In this document: positions 38,346-52,048 of the stretch, one piece after another | Numbering within the stretch: position 1 is the first letter of the stretch | Layout of the letters: every line of letters starts with the position of its first letter | NCBI GenBank assembly: GCA_030390025.1 | Contig: CM059431.1 | Span: forward strand, 96,908,001-96,972,000 | Direction of reading: 5' to 3' | Origin: Squalus acanthias | Lineage: Eukaryota | DNA: 64,000 nucleotides | Made by a program: the position numbers and the translations under genes | Notes under the pieces: generated by a model | Databases searched by the model: none | Seen by the model: only the letters and a program-made list of their open reading frames with translations | Told to the model about the DNA's origin: nothing

Positions 38346-39040
38346 TGCAGTATTCTGCTATTCACCAAAATGAACAATTACAGTCATTTAGTACTGAGGC
38401 ACAACGTTAAAGAAACAAGATCTTACTAAAAGTGATAAAAATTCTGCAATAAAGCTGTAGTGAATCTTGCACCTTACCTTTAATGAGAGGTTCTTCGACA
38501 GTTTGACATCAAACGCTAACGGATGACATTAAGGTCTTGCTATTCAAAGAAATCTGAAATTAAGGCTTCAGTACATGTTAATACAGCTATTAAAAATGCA
38601 AACCGTTGCACTCCAGGCTAGACAGCTGATCTGACTACAACTTTATAAAAGGCAATTACACTCACATTTAAATGCAAGGTGTGTGAGAAAGAAAATGGGG
38701 ACAAGCCTCGTTTAAATGTGTTCTTTTGAATATTTATTAAGCATAATATTGACAGGTAACTCATTTATCAAGTTTCAGTGAGTGCATAAAAGCGAAGAGA
38801 TTGATTTTGCAATTACCCTTCACATCCATATCACGGGATTCTTATTAGCTCTGAATATCCTAATTAAATACCTTACACCTCGTTTACACTACAGAAAAAT
38901 CCTATTCGGATTGCATGTGTCCAAATTGAATTCACTAATTCTGACATGTCTCGAGTGCAGAGGAATCAGTTAAATGGCAGATTATAGCTGTGGTGCACAA
39001 TTTATAATAAGATAGAAACCAGTGCAGTGTCATTACTTCC

Positions 39041-39740
39041 CCGTGACTGCACCCCCAAAATCAGCTGCCCTGTGACTGCACCTCCAATCAGCTGCCCCGT
39101 GACTGCCCCTCCAATCAGCTGCCTCGTGACTGGACCTCCAATCAGCTGCCCCGTGATTGCACCTCCAATCAGCTACCCCGTGATTGCACCTCCAATCAGC
39201 TGCCTCGTGACTGGACCTCCAATCAGCTACCTTGTGACTGGACCTCCAATCAGCTGCCCCGTGACTGCCCCTCCAATCAGCTGCCCCGTGATTGCCCCTC
39301 CAATCAGCTGCCCCGTGACTCATCTCCAATCAGCTGCCTCGTGACTGCCCCTCCAATCAGCTGCCCCATGATTGCCCCTCCAATCAGCTGCCCCGTGACT
39401 CACCTCCAATCAGCTGCTCCGTGACTCACCTCCAATCAGCTGCCTCGTGACTGCCCCTCCAATCAGCTGCCCTGTGATTGCTCCTCCAATCAGCTGCCTC
39501 GTGACTGTCCCTCCGATCAGCTGCTCCGTGACTCACCTCCAATCAGCTGCCTCGTGACTGCCCCTCCAATCAGCTGCCCCGTGATTGCACCCCCAAAATC
39601 AGCTGCCCCGTGACTGCCCCTCCAATCAGCTGCCCCGTGACTCACCTCCAATCAGCTGCCCCGTGACTCACCTCCAATCAGCTGCCCGTGACTCACCTCC
39701 AATCAGCTGCCCCGTGACTGCCCCTCTAATCAGCTGCCCC
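39041..39740. repeat. 27-bp (26-bp variant) minisatellite, about 26 copies
   Basis: Unit cgtgactgcccctccaatcagctgccc. Confidence 0.97.
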
Positions 39741-40365
39741 GGACACACAGTGTATAATCTCTAATGAAAATATTTTATTTTTATTTTCCTAAGACTAGAT
39801 AGCTTTGTGTGCAGCGCACACCTGAGACGTTACATTTCCAAAGGATAATGACTTGTGATTGGCTGAGACAAGGACTTTTCTAGTAGATTACCCATCGCAT
39901 TGCCTGGTGTTAAATTAATAAAAGATTTGATTCAATTGGCAACCTCTAATAAGGAATGAGCAGTAAACTAAGCAATTAAAACAGGCGATTTAACTTTTAC
40001 GATACTTTCTTTTCTGGATTTCAGCAGGAAGTGACCAATCAAATCATTTTCTGAAGTTGCTTTGAATTGCCATCCTGAATTTTTCACCTACCTGTTAATT
40101 TTCTGGGAAAAGTGATATTTATAACGCAACAAACTCTCAAAAAATTTAACATTTCAGAATAAAATTTATAACCTTACTAAAAGTTACCTGTACAGCGTTG
40201 TAAATCTGAGAGAAACATTTTCTCAAAATGGTATTCTGGTTAGAAGCCCAGTGCTCAACTTGGTGTGTTTGGTGTACTTGGATACTCGAGTCTTTCCCAT
40301 CGGAATCCCGCCCATCTGAGCCCTTTTCACCCATGTTTTTAACCCAAACCCTTCCCACCAGAACC

Positions 40366-42320
40366 ATTGGGAGCAGTTTAAGATTCAACAAAGGAGGACA
40401 AAGGGATTAATTAAGAAGGGGAAAATAGAATACGAGAGTAAGCTTGCAGGGAACATAAAAACTGACTGTAAAAGCTTTTATAGATATCTGAAGAGAAAAA
40501 GATTAGTGAAATCAAGCATAGGTCGCTTGCAGTCAGAATCAGGGGAACTTATAATGGGGAACAAAGAAATGTCAGACCAATTAAATACATATTTTGGTTC
40601 TGTCTTCACAAAGGAGGACACAAATAACCTCCCAAAGATGTTGGGGAACATAGGGTCTGATGAAAGGGAGGAACTGAAAGAAATCAGTATTTGTAGGGAA
40701 ATGGTGCTAGGGAAATTGAAGGGATTGAAGGCCGATAAATCCCCAGGGCCTGATAATCTACATCCTAGGGTACTTAAGGAACTGGCCCTAGAAATAGTAG
40801 ATGCATTGCTGATCATCTTCCAACATTCGATGGAATCTGGAACAGTACCCATGGATTGGAGGGTAGCTAATGTTACCCCACTATTCAAAAAGGGTGGTAG
40901 AGAGAAAACGGGGAATTACAGACCGGTAAGCCTGACATCGGTAGTGGGGAAAATGCTAGAGTCCATTATAAAAGATGTAATAGCTGATCACTTGAAAAAC
41001 AGTGACAGGATCGGACAAAGTCACCATGGATTTACAAAAGGTAAATCATGCTTGACTAATCTACTGGAATTTTTTGAGGATGTAACTGGTAAAATAGATA
41101 AGGGAGATCCAGTGGATGTGGTGTATTTGGACTTCCAAAAGGCTTTTGATAAGGTCCCGCATAAGAGATTAGCGTGTAAAGTTAAGGCACATGGGATTGG
41201 GGGCAAGGTATTGACTTGGATAGAGAACTGGTTGGCAGACAGAAAGCAAAGAGTTGGAATAAACGGGTCTTTTTCCGAGTGGCAGGCAGTGACTAGTGGG
41301 GTACCGCAGGGATCGGTCCTTGGACCCCAGCTATTCACAATATATATTAATGATCTAGACAAGGGAACTAGATGTAATATCTCCAAGTTTGCAGATGACA
41401 CAAACTGGGTGGGCGTGTGTACTGCGAGGAGGATGCCGAGAAACTCCAGGATGATTTGGACAGGTTGGGTGATTGGGCAGAAGCATGGCAGATGCACTAT
41501 AACGTGGATAAATGCGAGGTTATACACTTTGGTGTCAAAAACAGAAAGGCAGATTATTATCTGAATGGCAATAGATTGGGAGAAGAGGAAGTGCAACAAG
41601 ACCTGGGTGTCCTTGTGCACCAGTCGCTGAAGGTAAGCATGCAGGTGCAGCAGGTGGTTAAGAAGGCAAATGGTATATTGGCCTTCATAGCGAGAGGATT
41701 CGAGTACAGGAACAAGGATGTCTTGCTGCAGTTGTACAGGGCCTTGGTGAGACCACACCTTGAGTATTGTGTGCAGTTTTGGTCGCCTTATCTGAGGAAG
41801 GATGTTCTTGCCATGGAAGGAGTTCAGCGAAGATTCACAAGGCTGATACCTGGGATGGCAGGAATGATGTATGAAGAGAGATTGGGTCGATTGGGCTTAT
41901 ACTCGCTGGAGTTTAGAAGAATGAGAGGGGATCTCATTGAAACTTATAAAATTCTGACAGGACAGGACAAACTAGATGCAGGAAGGATGTTCCCGATGAT
42001 CGGGGAGTCCAGAACCAGGGGTCACAGTCTAAGGATAAGGGGTAAGCCATTTAGGACAGAAATGAGGAGGAATTTCTTCACCCAGAGAGTGGTGAACCTG
42101 TGAAATTCTCTGCCACAGAAGGCAGTAGAGGCCAATTCATTAAATATATTCAAGAAGGAGTTGGATATATTTCTTAAGGCTAAAGGGATCAAGGGATATG
42201 GGGGAGAAAGCAGGGACAGGGTACTGAGTTTGGATGATCAGCCATGACCGCATTAAATGGCGGAGCAGGCTAGAGGGGCCGAATGGCCTACTCCTGCTCC
42301 TATCTTCTATGATTCTATGA
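40366..42320 (+). mobile_element. 5'-truncated CR1 LINE
   Basis: RT ORFs 40506..41564 and 41417..42103 (frameshift near 41403); tail ttctatgattctatga. Confidence 0.96.
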
Positions 42321-43241
42321 TTGCCAACCTGGCCCTTCCCCCCCAAGTTCTTCCCTACCATGCAGTGAGAGACCCAAGCGCAGCAACAGATGAGGTGAAA
42401 ATTAAATCTGGTCAGTGACTGGAGCAGACCGAGTCCAAGGCAGGGTGGATTGACCGGGTTTGAAGAGGCTCCTGGAGAGTTGTGTTGGTCTGTGAATGCC
42501 TTCTGCCTGCTCCAAGTGCTTCTGGCCCAGTCCAAGCACTTCCTGGGTCATCAGAGTGTCACTGGGGCTGATAATAATCGCGGGACAGGGCAGACAGACA
42601 GATACTAAGCTACAGGTTTAGCATGCAACAGGTAAACGGGGCTGTCAGCAGGCTTCTGCGACCCATCATGTGGGAGGCTGGCGAGTGATGCTCATATGGG
42701 GTGAAGGTATCGTATTATCGGCCTGATGTCTGTGTTATGTTACCCCATGCTCAGCTGAAATAGGTTTATTTTCTGTTATCAGGCCGTGTGCAGCACTTCA
42801 TATAAACCTGAGCAAATGGCAAAGCGGATTTGACTGTGCCCCTGGGAGAAAGGAGGCTCGGGGACAAGAGCTCTAAAACACATTACATGAATTTTGGGTG
42901 AGGGGGGCGGGTGGTGTTTCGCTGACAGATACAAGAATTGAGGACTAACTGCCCCTGAATTTCCATACACTGGTGTCCCATGTTGAGGAAAAGGCCAGAA
43001 AATGTACACAATAATCATCTGTTTCTCTGACCAGGGCAAAAAGACATTGACTGTGGCCAGGAAGTAGGCAAAGCTGATCAACAATGGTGTGTGGATCAAG
43101 AGCTTTCATCTTCTGCCAAATGATTTACAAAAGCAGCAGGCTTAAGTTACAGAGACCTGCTGCCAGCGTAAATACATTGGCAACAGCCGCAGTGTATCAT
43201 ATCCAACGTAGTTCAAGTACCTGGCGGTGGATGGTTGTGAA

Positions 43242-44094
43242 ACACACTGTAAAATACAGCTGTACCCGTCAAACACACTGTAAAATACAGCTGTACCCGT
43301 CAAACACACTGTAAAATACAGCTGTACCCGTCACACACACTGTAAAATACAGCTGTACCCGTCAAACACAGCGTAAAATACAGCTGTACCCGTCAAACAC
43401 ACTGTAAAATACAGCTGTACCCGTCACACATACTGTAAAATACAGCTGTACCCGTCAAACACACTGTAAAATACAGCTGTACCCGTCAAACACAGTGTAA
43501 AATACAGCTGTACCCGTCAAACACAGTGTAAAATACAGCTGTACCCGTCAAACACACTGTAAAATACAGCTGTACCCGTCAAACACAGTGTAAAATACAG
43601 CTATACCCCTCACACACACACAATGTAAAATACAGCAGTACCCGTCACACAGTGTAAAGTACCGCTGTACTCGTCACACACACTGTGTAAAATACAGCTG
43701 TACCCATCACACACACTGTAAAATACAGCTGTACCCATCACACACACTGTAAAATACACCTGTACCCATCACACACTGTGTAAAATACAGCTATACTCAT
43801 CACACACACTGTGTAAAATACAGCTATACCCATCACACACACTGTAAAATACAGCTGTACCCATCACACACACTGTGTAAAATACAGCTGTACCCATCAC
43901 ACACACTGTGTAAAATACAGCTGTACCTGTCACACACACTGTAAAATACAGCTGTACCCATCACACACACTGTGTAAAATACATCTGTACCCATCACACA
44001 CACTGTGTAAAATACAGCTGTACCTGTCACACACACTGTAAAATACAGCTGTACCCATCACACACACTGTAAAATAAAGCTGTACCCGTCACAC
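43242..44094. repeat. 31-33-bp minisatellite, left part
   Basis: Unit acacactgtaaaatacagctgtacccgtcaa. Confidence 0.96.
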
Positions 44095-46721
44095 CAATAC
44101 CAAGGGGCAGAAAACGTTAGTGGGAGTTGTATACAGACCCCCAAACAGTAATGCTGAGGTTGGGGATGGCATTAAACGGGAAATTAGAGATGCGTGCAAT
44201 AAGGGCACAGCAGTTATCATGGGTGACTTTAATCTACATATAGATTGGGCTAACCAAATTAGTAACAATACTGTGGAGGAGGAATTCCTAGAGTGTATAC
44301 GGGATGGATTCCTGGACCAATATGTCGAGGAACCAACTAGAAATCAGGCCATCTTAGACTGGGTATTATATAATGAGAAAGGATTAATTAGCAATCTTGT
44401 TGTGCGAGGCCCCTTGGGGAGGAGCGATCATAATATGATAGAATTCTTCATTAAAATGGAGAGTGAAGTAGTTGACTCAGAGACTGCGGTCCTGAATTTA
44501 AATAAAGGAAACTACGATGGTATGAGGCATGAGTTAGCTAGGATGGATTGGGGAACGTTACTTAAAGGGTTGATGGTGGATAGGCAATGGCAAACATTGA
44601 AAGATCGCATGGATGAACTACAGAATTTGTTCATCCCTGTTTGGCATAAAAATAAAACAAAAAAGATGACTCAAACGTGGCTAACAAGGGAAATTAGGGA
44701 TAGCATAAGATCCAAGGAGAGGACATATAATTTGGCCAGAAAAAGCAGCAAACCTGAGGATTGGGAGCAGTTTAGGATTCAGCAAAGGAGGACACAGGGA
44801 TTAATTAAGAGGGGGAAAATAGATCATGAGAGTAAGCTTGCAGGGAACATAAAAACTGACTGTAAAAGCTTCTATAGATATGTGGAGAGAAAAAGATTGG
44901 TGAAGTCAAGCGTAGATCCCTTGCAGTCAGAATCAGGGGAATTTATAATGGGGAACAAAGAAATGGAAGACCAATTAAATACATACTTTGGTTCTGTCTT
45001 CACAAAGGAGGACACAAATAACCCCCCAGAGAGGTCAGGGAACATAGGGTCTAATGAGAGGGAGGAATTGAATGAAATCAGTATTTGTAGGGAAATGGTG
45101 TTAGGGAAATTGACGGGATTGAAGGCCGATAAATCCCCAGGGCCTGATAATCTACATGCTAGGGTACTTAAGGAACTGGCCCTAGAAATAGTAGATGCAT
45201 TGCTGGTCATCTTCCAAAATTCTATAGACTCTGGAACAGTTCCCCTGGATTGGAGGGTAGCTAATGTAACCCCACTATTTAAAAAAGGTGGTAGAGAGAA
45301 AACGGGGAATTATAGACTGGTAAACCTGACATCGGTAGTGGGGAAAATGCTAGAGTCCATTATAAAAGATGTAATAGCAGAGCACTTGGAAAATAGTGAC
45401 AGGATCGGACAAAGTCTACATGGATTTACAAAAGGTTAATCATGCTTGACTAATCTACTGGAATTTTTTGAGGATGTAACTGGTAGAATAGATAAGGGAG
45501 AACCAGTGGATGTGATGTATTTGGACTTTCAGAAGGCTTTCGATAAGGTCCCGCATAAAAGATTAGCATGCAAAGTTAAAGCACATGGGATTGGGGGTAA
45601 GGTACTGACTTGGATAGAAAAGTAGTTGGCAGACAGGAAGCAAAGAGTTGGAATAAACGGGTCTTTTTCCGAGTGGCAGGCAGTGACTAGTGGGGTACCA
45701 CAGGGATCGGTGCTAGGACCCCAGTTATTCACAATATATATTAATGATCTAGACGAGGGAACTAGATGTAATATCTCCAAGTTTGCAGATGACACAAAGC
45801 TGGGTGGGTGTGTGTGCTGTGAGGAGGATGCAGAGAAACTCCAGTATGATTTGGACAGGTTGGGTGATTGGGCAGATGCATGGCAGATGCAGTATAATGT
45901 GGAAAAATGCGAGGTTATCCACTTTGGTGGCAAAAACAGGAAGGCAGATTATTATCTGAATGGCAATAGATTGGGAAAAGGGGAAGTGCAACGAGACCTG
46001 GGTGTCCTTGTGCACCAGTCGCTGAAGGTAAGCATGCAGGTGCAGCAGGCGGTTAAGAAGGCAAATGGTATATTGGCCTTCATAGCGAGAGGATTCGAGT
46101 ACAGGAGCAAGGATGTCTTGCTGCAGTTGTACAGGGCCTTGGTGAGACCACACCTTGAGTATTGTGTCCAGTTTTGGTCGCCTTATCTAAGGAAGGATGT
46201 TCTTGCCATGGAAGGAGTTCAGCGAAGATTCACAAGGCTGATACCTGGGATGGCAGGAATGACGTATGAAGAGAGATTGGGTCGATTAGGCTTGCATTCA
46301 CTAGAGTTTAGAAGAATGAGAGGGGATCTCATTGAAACTTATAAAATTCTAACAGGACTAGACAGACTAGATGCAGGAAGGATGTTCCCGATGGCGGGGG
46401 AGTCCAGAATCAGGGGTCACAGTCTAAGGATAAGGGGTAAGCCATTTAGGACTGAGATGAGGAGGAATTTCTTCACCCAGAGAGTGGTGAACCTGTGGAA
46501 TTCTCTACCACAGAAGGCAGTTGAGGCCAATTCATTAAATGTATTCAAGAAGGAGTTAGATATATTGCTTAAGGCTAAAGGGATCAAGGGATTTGGGGAG
46601 AAAGCAGGGACAGGATATTGAATTTGGATGATCAGCCATGATCTCATTAAATGGCGGAACAGGCTCGAGGGGCCGAATGGCCTACTCCTGCTCCTATCTT
46701 CTATGTTTCTATGTTTCTATG
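44095..46721 (+). mobile_element. Young 5'-truncated CR1 LINE inserted in a minisatellite
   Basis: ORFs 44120..45439 and 45626..46621 share a frame and are separated by two nonsense codons; tail ttctatgtttctatgtttctatg. Confidence 0.97.
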
Positions 46722-47211
46722 TAAAATACAGCTGTACCCGTCACACACACTGTAAAATACAGCTGTACCCATCACACACATGGTAAAATACAACTGTACC
46801 CGTCAAAACCTGTGTAAAATACAGCTGTACCCATCACACAGTGTAAAATACAGCTGTACCCATCACACACACTGTAAAATACAGCTGTACCCGTCAAAAA
46901 CACTGTAAAATACAGCTGTACTCGTCACACACAGTATAAAATAGCTGCACCCATCACACACACTGTAAAATACAGCTATACTCATCTCACACACACTGTA
47001 AAATACAGCTGTACCCGTCACACAATGTAAAATACAGCTGTACCCGTCAGACACACTGTAAAATACACCTGCACCCGTCATGCACTGTGTAAAATACACC
47101 TGTACCCGTCACACACACTGTAAAATACAGCTATACTCATCTCACACACACTGTAAAATACACCTGCACCCGTCACACACACTGTAAAATACAGCTGTAC
47201 CCGTCACACAC
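46721..47211. repeat. 31-33-bp minisatellite, right part
   Basis: Same unit as 43242-44094 resumes immediately after the CR1 tail. Confidence 0.95.
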
Positions 47212-49138
47212 GGTGTGTTATATTATAGTTACAACCTGTAACACACAGTATATTATAATTATACCTTGTAACTCAGTGTATTTTAATATAGTTATTACCT
47301 AAAAGTTGCCTGATTCAATTTTGGGTGAGACACACTTCTGAGATGAATCGATTGTGGAAGATTACTGCCCGGTTTCACCTATTTTCAAGTTTGAAAGAAA
47401 TGGGCGCAAAAAATGTTCAATTTATCCCCTTGGAAATTTGCTTGAATTCACTCTACCCCCTAGAAAGCTGGTAACACCTTTACGTTCAAACTAGGGTAAT
47501 CTGAATATTCCCTATTTTACCGTTTAACATATATTGTTTGCTGATACCCCCTCTTATCTCCCTCGTTCTGGGCTGTAACTTTTAAACTTCTCCAATCTTT
47601 CCTCATACCTCATGCTTTACACTTGGGATCAATCATGTTTCTGCTTACTGTTCCAAGGTAGGTTTATATTTTTTATGGTTTACTAACCAAAAGGAACAGA
47701 ATATTCTCCGTATGGTCTGACAAATGCATTCTAAAGCCTTAGCATCACTTTTGCCGGCTTGTACTTTACCGTTCTGACTCTATATCCTACCAATCTTTTA
47801 AATTTTGTTCATAATATTGTCTGGGCATCGAAAGCAACAAGTCTACTATTACTCTCATGTCCCTGTGTTAATCCAATCACATTCCTTGTCTACTTGTATC
47901 CCACACTTTTAAGAGCAGTCATCAAGACTCCAATGACTGCACTTTTCTGGCTAACAGTTGTATAAATGTGGAATACTCATGAGAAATGGAAATCCCATCA
48001 CTTCCGTGAGAAGAATAAAATGCTAGTCAGGGATGCGCGGATTTTTTTGGACAAGACAGTTAAACTGTCAGAAAGATCCACTAATAAATACTGAAATAGC
48101 TACCAGTCAGAATGCTGGGAAGGGTTATATTGCTAATCTGTTTTAACCTTATACATAATTTATGATGAATTGCAAATCACATGAAATTCAGATTGCATTA
48201 CTGTAAATACAATTTTTGCATAGCTATCTTAATCAAGCCATTTGCCAATATTTACTGATGGAAACTTGCATGTTAAACAACAACTAATCAGAAGTACATT
48301 TCTGGTGCAAGTATAATGTTGTAAAGACATTAACTAGCCTGAACTAAATAATCTCTTATGGGAACAAATATCTGTAAAGCCTCCCCTGGTGGCTGAGCTC
48401 ATTAAGATCTCCTTGTAGATCGAGCTAGATGCTCATTTGATCAGGAAGCTTCAGTGGCATCTGATTAAGGCTCCATTTGCACAGCGGGCTCCCAGCTCTT
48501 GAAACCCCAGCTGACAGTCTGCTTGAATAGACGTGATTTAGGATTTGAACCACTGGACTTGTAAATGTCAGAGTTATTGAGGACAGTATGTTTCTCAGGG
48601 GAATATACCATTTTTACCTATGTTCAGATAAATTTGAATTTTAGAGCACAGAACCAAATAGTTTGATAGTTTCATATAAAGGCCTGAATAATAATTAGGA
48701 TTTTCACAGTGTACAGCACAGAGTTTTAGAACATTTTCATTGTCTTTATATGATGCTAAAGGAATATGTTTAATTATTACATTTATAAGTCATTCTCCAT
48801 GTGTTAGCTGAAAAGGCGTTGAGTTCAGAGTGCAGGCAACACTCAGAATATGTTACAATTCATTAAAAACATTCGAGCAGTTCAATCCACGCCCACACCG
48901 GGGTCTGATAGCCGGTCGGAGATACAATCAGATAGCTATACATTCATTTATAAGTGCAAGTCGAGAATATGGCACAAAGGTTAGTGAGCCTGTTTCCTGT
49001 GGTATCTGTTTTTTTTTTATATCTAAATGATCTTTTGGGACCAGATGAGTTTGGCTGCATTTACACTGTGGAGTGAAGAGGTTTCGCTTCACACGGACGC
49101 TGCAGTTACAGTGTAAATCCAGCTTGAATATTAGCATG

Positions 49139-50187
49139 AATTGGTTAACGGACAGAAACCAGAGAGTAGGAATAACCAGGTCATTTTCGGGTTGGCAGGA
49201 TATAACTAGTAGGGTACTGCAAGGATCAGTACTTGGGCCTCAGCTATTTACAATCTATATCAATGATTTAGATGAAGGGACCGAATGTAATGTATCCAAG
49301 TTTGCTGATAATACAAAACTAGGTGGGAAAGTAAGTTGTGAGGAGGACACGAAAAGGCTGCAAAGGGATATAGACAGGTTAAGTGAGTGGGCAAAAACAT
49401 GGCAAATGGAATATAATGCGGAGAAGTGTGAAGTTATCCACTTTGGCAGGAAAAATAGAAAAACAGAATTATTTTTAAATGGTGAGGGATTGTGAAATGT
49501 AGTTATTCAGAGGACATTCATCCTTGTACACGAATCACTGAAAGTTAACCAATTAGGAAAACAAATGATATGTTAGCCTTTATTACAAAAGGATTGGAGT
49601 ATAAGAATAAAAAAGTCTTACTGCAATTATATAGGACCCTGGTAAGACCGCACCTGGAGTATTGTGTACAGTTTTGGTCTCCTTACCTAAGGAAGGATAT
49701 AACTTGCCTTAGAGGGAGTGCAACGTAGGTTCACCAGATTGATTCCTGGGATGGAGGGATTGTCCTATGAGGAGAGATTGAGTAGACTAGGCCTATGAGG
49801 TGATCTCATTGAAACATACAAAATTCTTACAGGGCTTGACAGGGTGGATGCAGGGAGGATGTTTCCCTTGGCTGGAGAGTCTAGAACCAGGGGTCACAGT
49901 CTCAGAATAAGGGGTCGGCCATTTAGGACTGAGATGAGGAGAAATTTCTTCACTCAGAGGGTTGTGAATCTTTGGAATTCTCTACCGCAGAGGGTTGTGG
50001 CGGCTCAGTCATTGAGTATATTCAAGTCTGAGATCGCTAGATTTTGGACACTAAGGGAATCAAGGGATATGGGGATAGTGCAGGAAAGTGGAGTTGAGGT
50101 AGAAGACCAGCCATGATCTTATTGAATGGCGGAGCAGGCTTGAAGGGCCGCATGGCCTACTCCTGCTCCTATTTCTTATGTTCTTAT
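49139..50187 (+). mobile_element. 5'-truncated degraded CR1 LINE
   Basis: [25 protein letters not shown] in ORF 49073..49495; 49844..50116; tail ttcttatgttcttat. Confidence 0.93.
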
Positions 50188-50596
50188 CCAGAGTCAAGGT
50201 CTGAGCTCACACCAGAACAAAGCAGAGCGAGACTCCCTGGAGGAAAGGGTTTCACATCACTTCACTCTGGAGTCACTCTGGGCCTCAACACTAGTTTAGT
50301 GTTGGTACAAAACCGAAATCACTTTGCACAGACCTTAAACTTGCAGTTTAAATTCACCCTTAGAATAAACAATATTTGACCTACATGTAATTTCAGCTTT
50401 TAGCATTAGCTGTACTGTAGGAGGATATTTGAAAGAGTATCGCAAGGAATGTTTCATGTTGCAGATAACTTCTGTTTTAGTTGCATGTTTTCAATCCAAA
50501 CTTCTAACATTCTTGGGTCTTAGGGTTGACAAATTGAGTATTGTTTCAAATGAGTTATTACAATGTGCAGATTGTTTTTTGAAAATAGCAGCCATT

Positions 50597-51311
50597 GGGC
50601 CGGAATTTGTGGTGGGCATTCGCTGTTATTACCCCTTTGAAACTGACCGCAACTTCAGGATATAGCGCAAGCGTATCCGAAATGCGGAAATCCTGAAATT
50701 GTGGTCTGTCATTCACTGCTCCCCACCCACCCCACCACCAATAGTCAGAAATCAGTGTAATCAGGGAAACTGACGAAAACCTCGGCTTTTCCTCGGTAAT
50801 ATCGCTGTTAAATACCCCATTAAATGTTAGACCCTTTTGGATTAGGTGCAACTGGGGTTTTAACAGCGCATTGATTGCTAAACAAACGTTATGACCCTGA
50901 AAAACTAATTAAAATTTTGTGGAGTGTCAAATTTATCTATTTTAATTAAAACTAAGAAACTTTTAAATTTAAAAAAATAGTTTGTTCATCTTTATTTCAG
51001 GTTTACGTTGTCCCCATGTAAGAGCCCCAATCTTTGTTTTGCTCTCTAACATTTAAAAAAAGTTAGAATCAAAAGAGTTTACTCACTTCCTGGTTCTCCG
51101 TCTGTGAGAATACTGCATTGTGATTGGCTGCTTAGCCAGCTTGTTGACATCACAGCAGTTGTATGGAATTCCCCCTAAACTACACTGATTCCAACTGCAT
51201 GTTGGAAAAGCCAAACTTCTTGCCACAGAGATTGCGAGATCTTTTTGGGAAGCTTACTTAGGGGCCAGCGGTGAACGACTTTGCTTCACCGCTGACCGCA
51301 AACTACAGGTC
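50597..51311. mobile_element. Probable non-autonomous DNA transposon (Harbinger-like MITE)
   Basis: Imperfect TIRs gggccggaatttgtggt / accgcaaactacaggtc (11 of 17 match); att on both flanks; non-coding interior. Confidence 0.55.
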
Positions 51312-52048
51312 ATTATCTTTTTTTTAAATAAAATTTTAGGAAGTTAGAATGAAGAGCATCAAACTCTATCATGTCTCGGTGGGTCAGTGTCCCTTGCCTA
51401 AATGTCTCAGATCGATTTTTATGTTGATTAAATACTCAGATTATATAGAACGCAAGATCAAACCCTCACTGTTTAGGGGTGAGCGAGCACCCTGGAATAA
51501 CATCAACGTAATGCTTATGTCATTACTGTGAAATGTTCCCAAACCCCGGACTGTCTCCTTTTCATTATTTTCCTGGGAGTTGCTTCCAAGATTATATTTG
51601 CCAATTTAGATTTTGTGTTGTGTTATTTCTGTGTAAAACCGGAAAGGCACACTGCAATAAATACCTGCAATTCATAGAAGCTTACATTTAAAATTAAATT
51701 GCTGTGCTTTCTATTAATTATCTATTAAGTAATTAGTGCTTTATAAGTTGTGCTTACTGGCAGGACGATTCTAGTATTGTACCATAGCCGCGTTCAAGGG
51801 GAAGGTAACTGGCAGTGGCATCACTGTCTGAACTGTCATAATCTCAAATTACCAAAACTGTATTTCCTGCATATCTGGCCAAAGATAGATAAAGGTCAAA
51901 TGTTCAAAATTATTTTAAGAAAAGCTAGAGGACAAAGTTGAGATGCTTTATTCAGCTAATGCTAAAGAAAGAAACCTTCTGTGCTATGTGTGTGCCTATG
52001 AGAGACAGAGAAAGACAGTAACAAACAGGGAGCCATTTCAAATATAAA

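Noticed and set aside
43242..44094. V(D)J recombination signals (cacagtg/cactgtg here and at 29564-30282)
   Set aside because: No nonamer at 12 or 23 bp spacing and no V/J segments.
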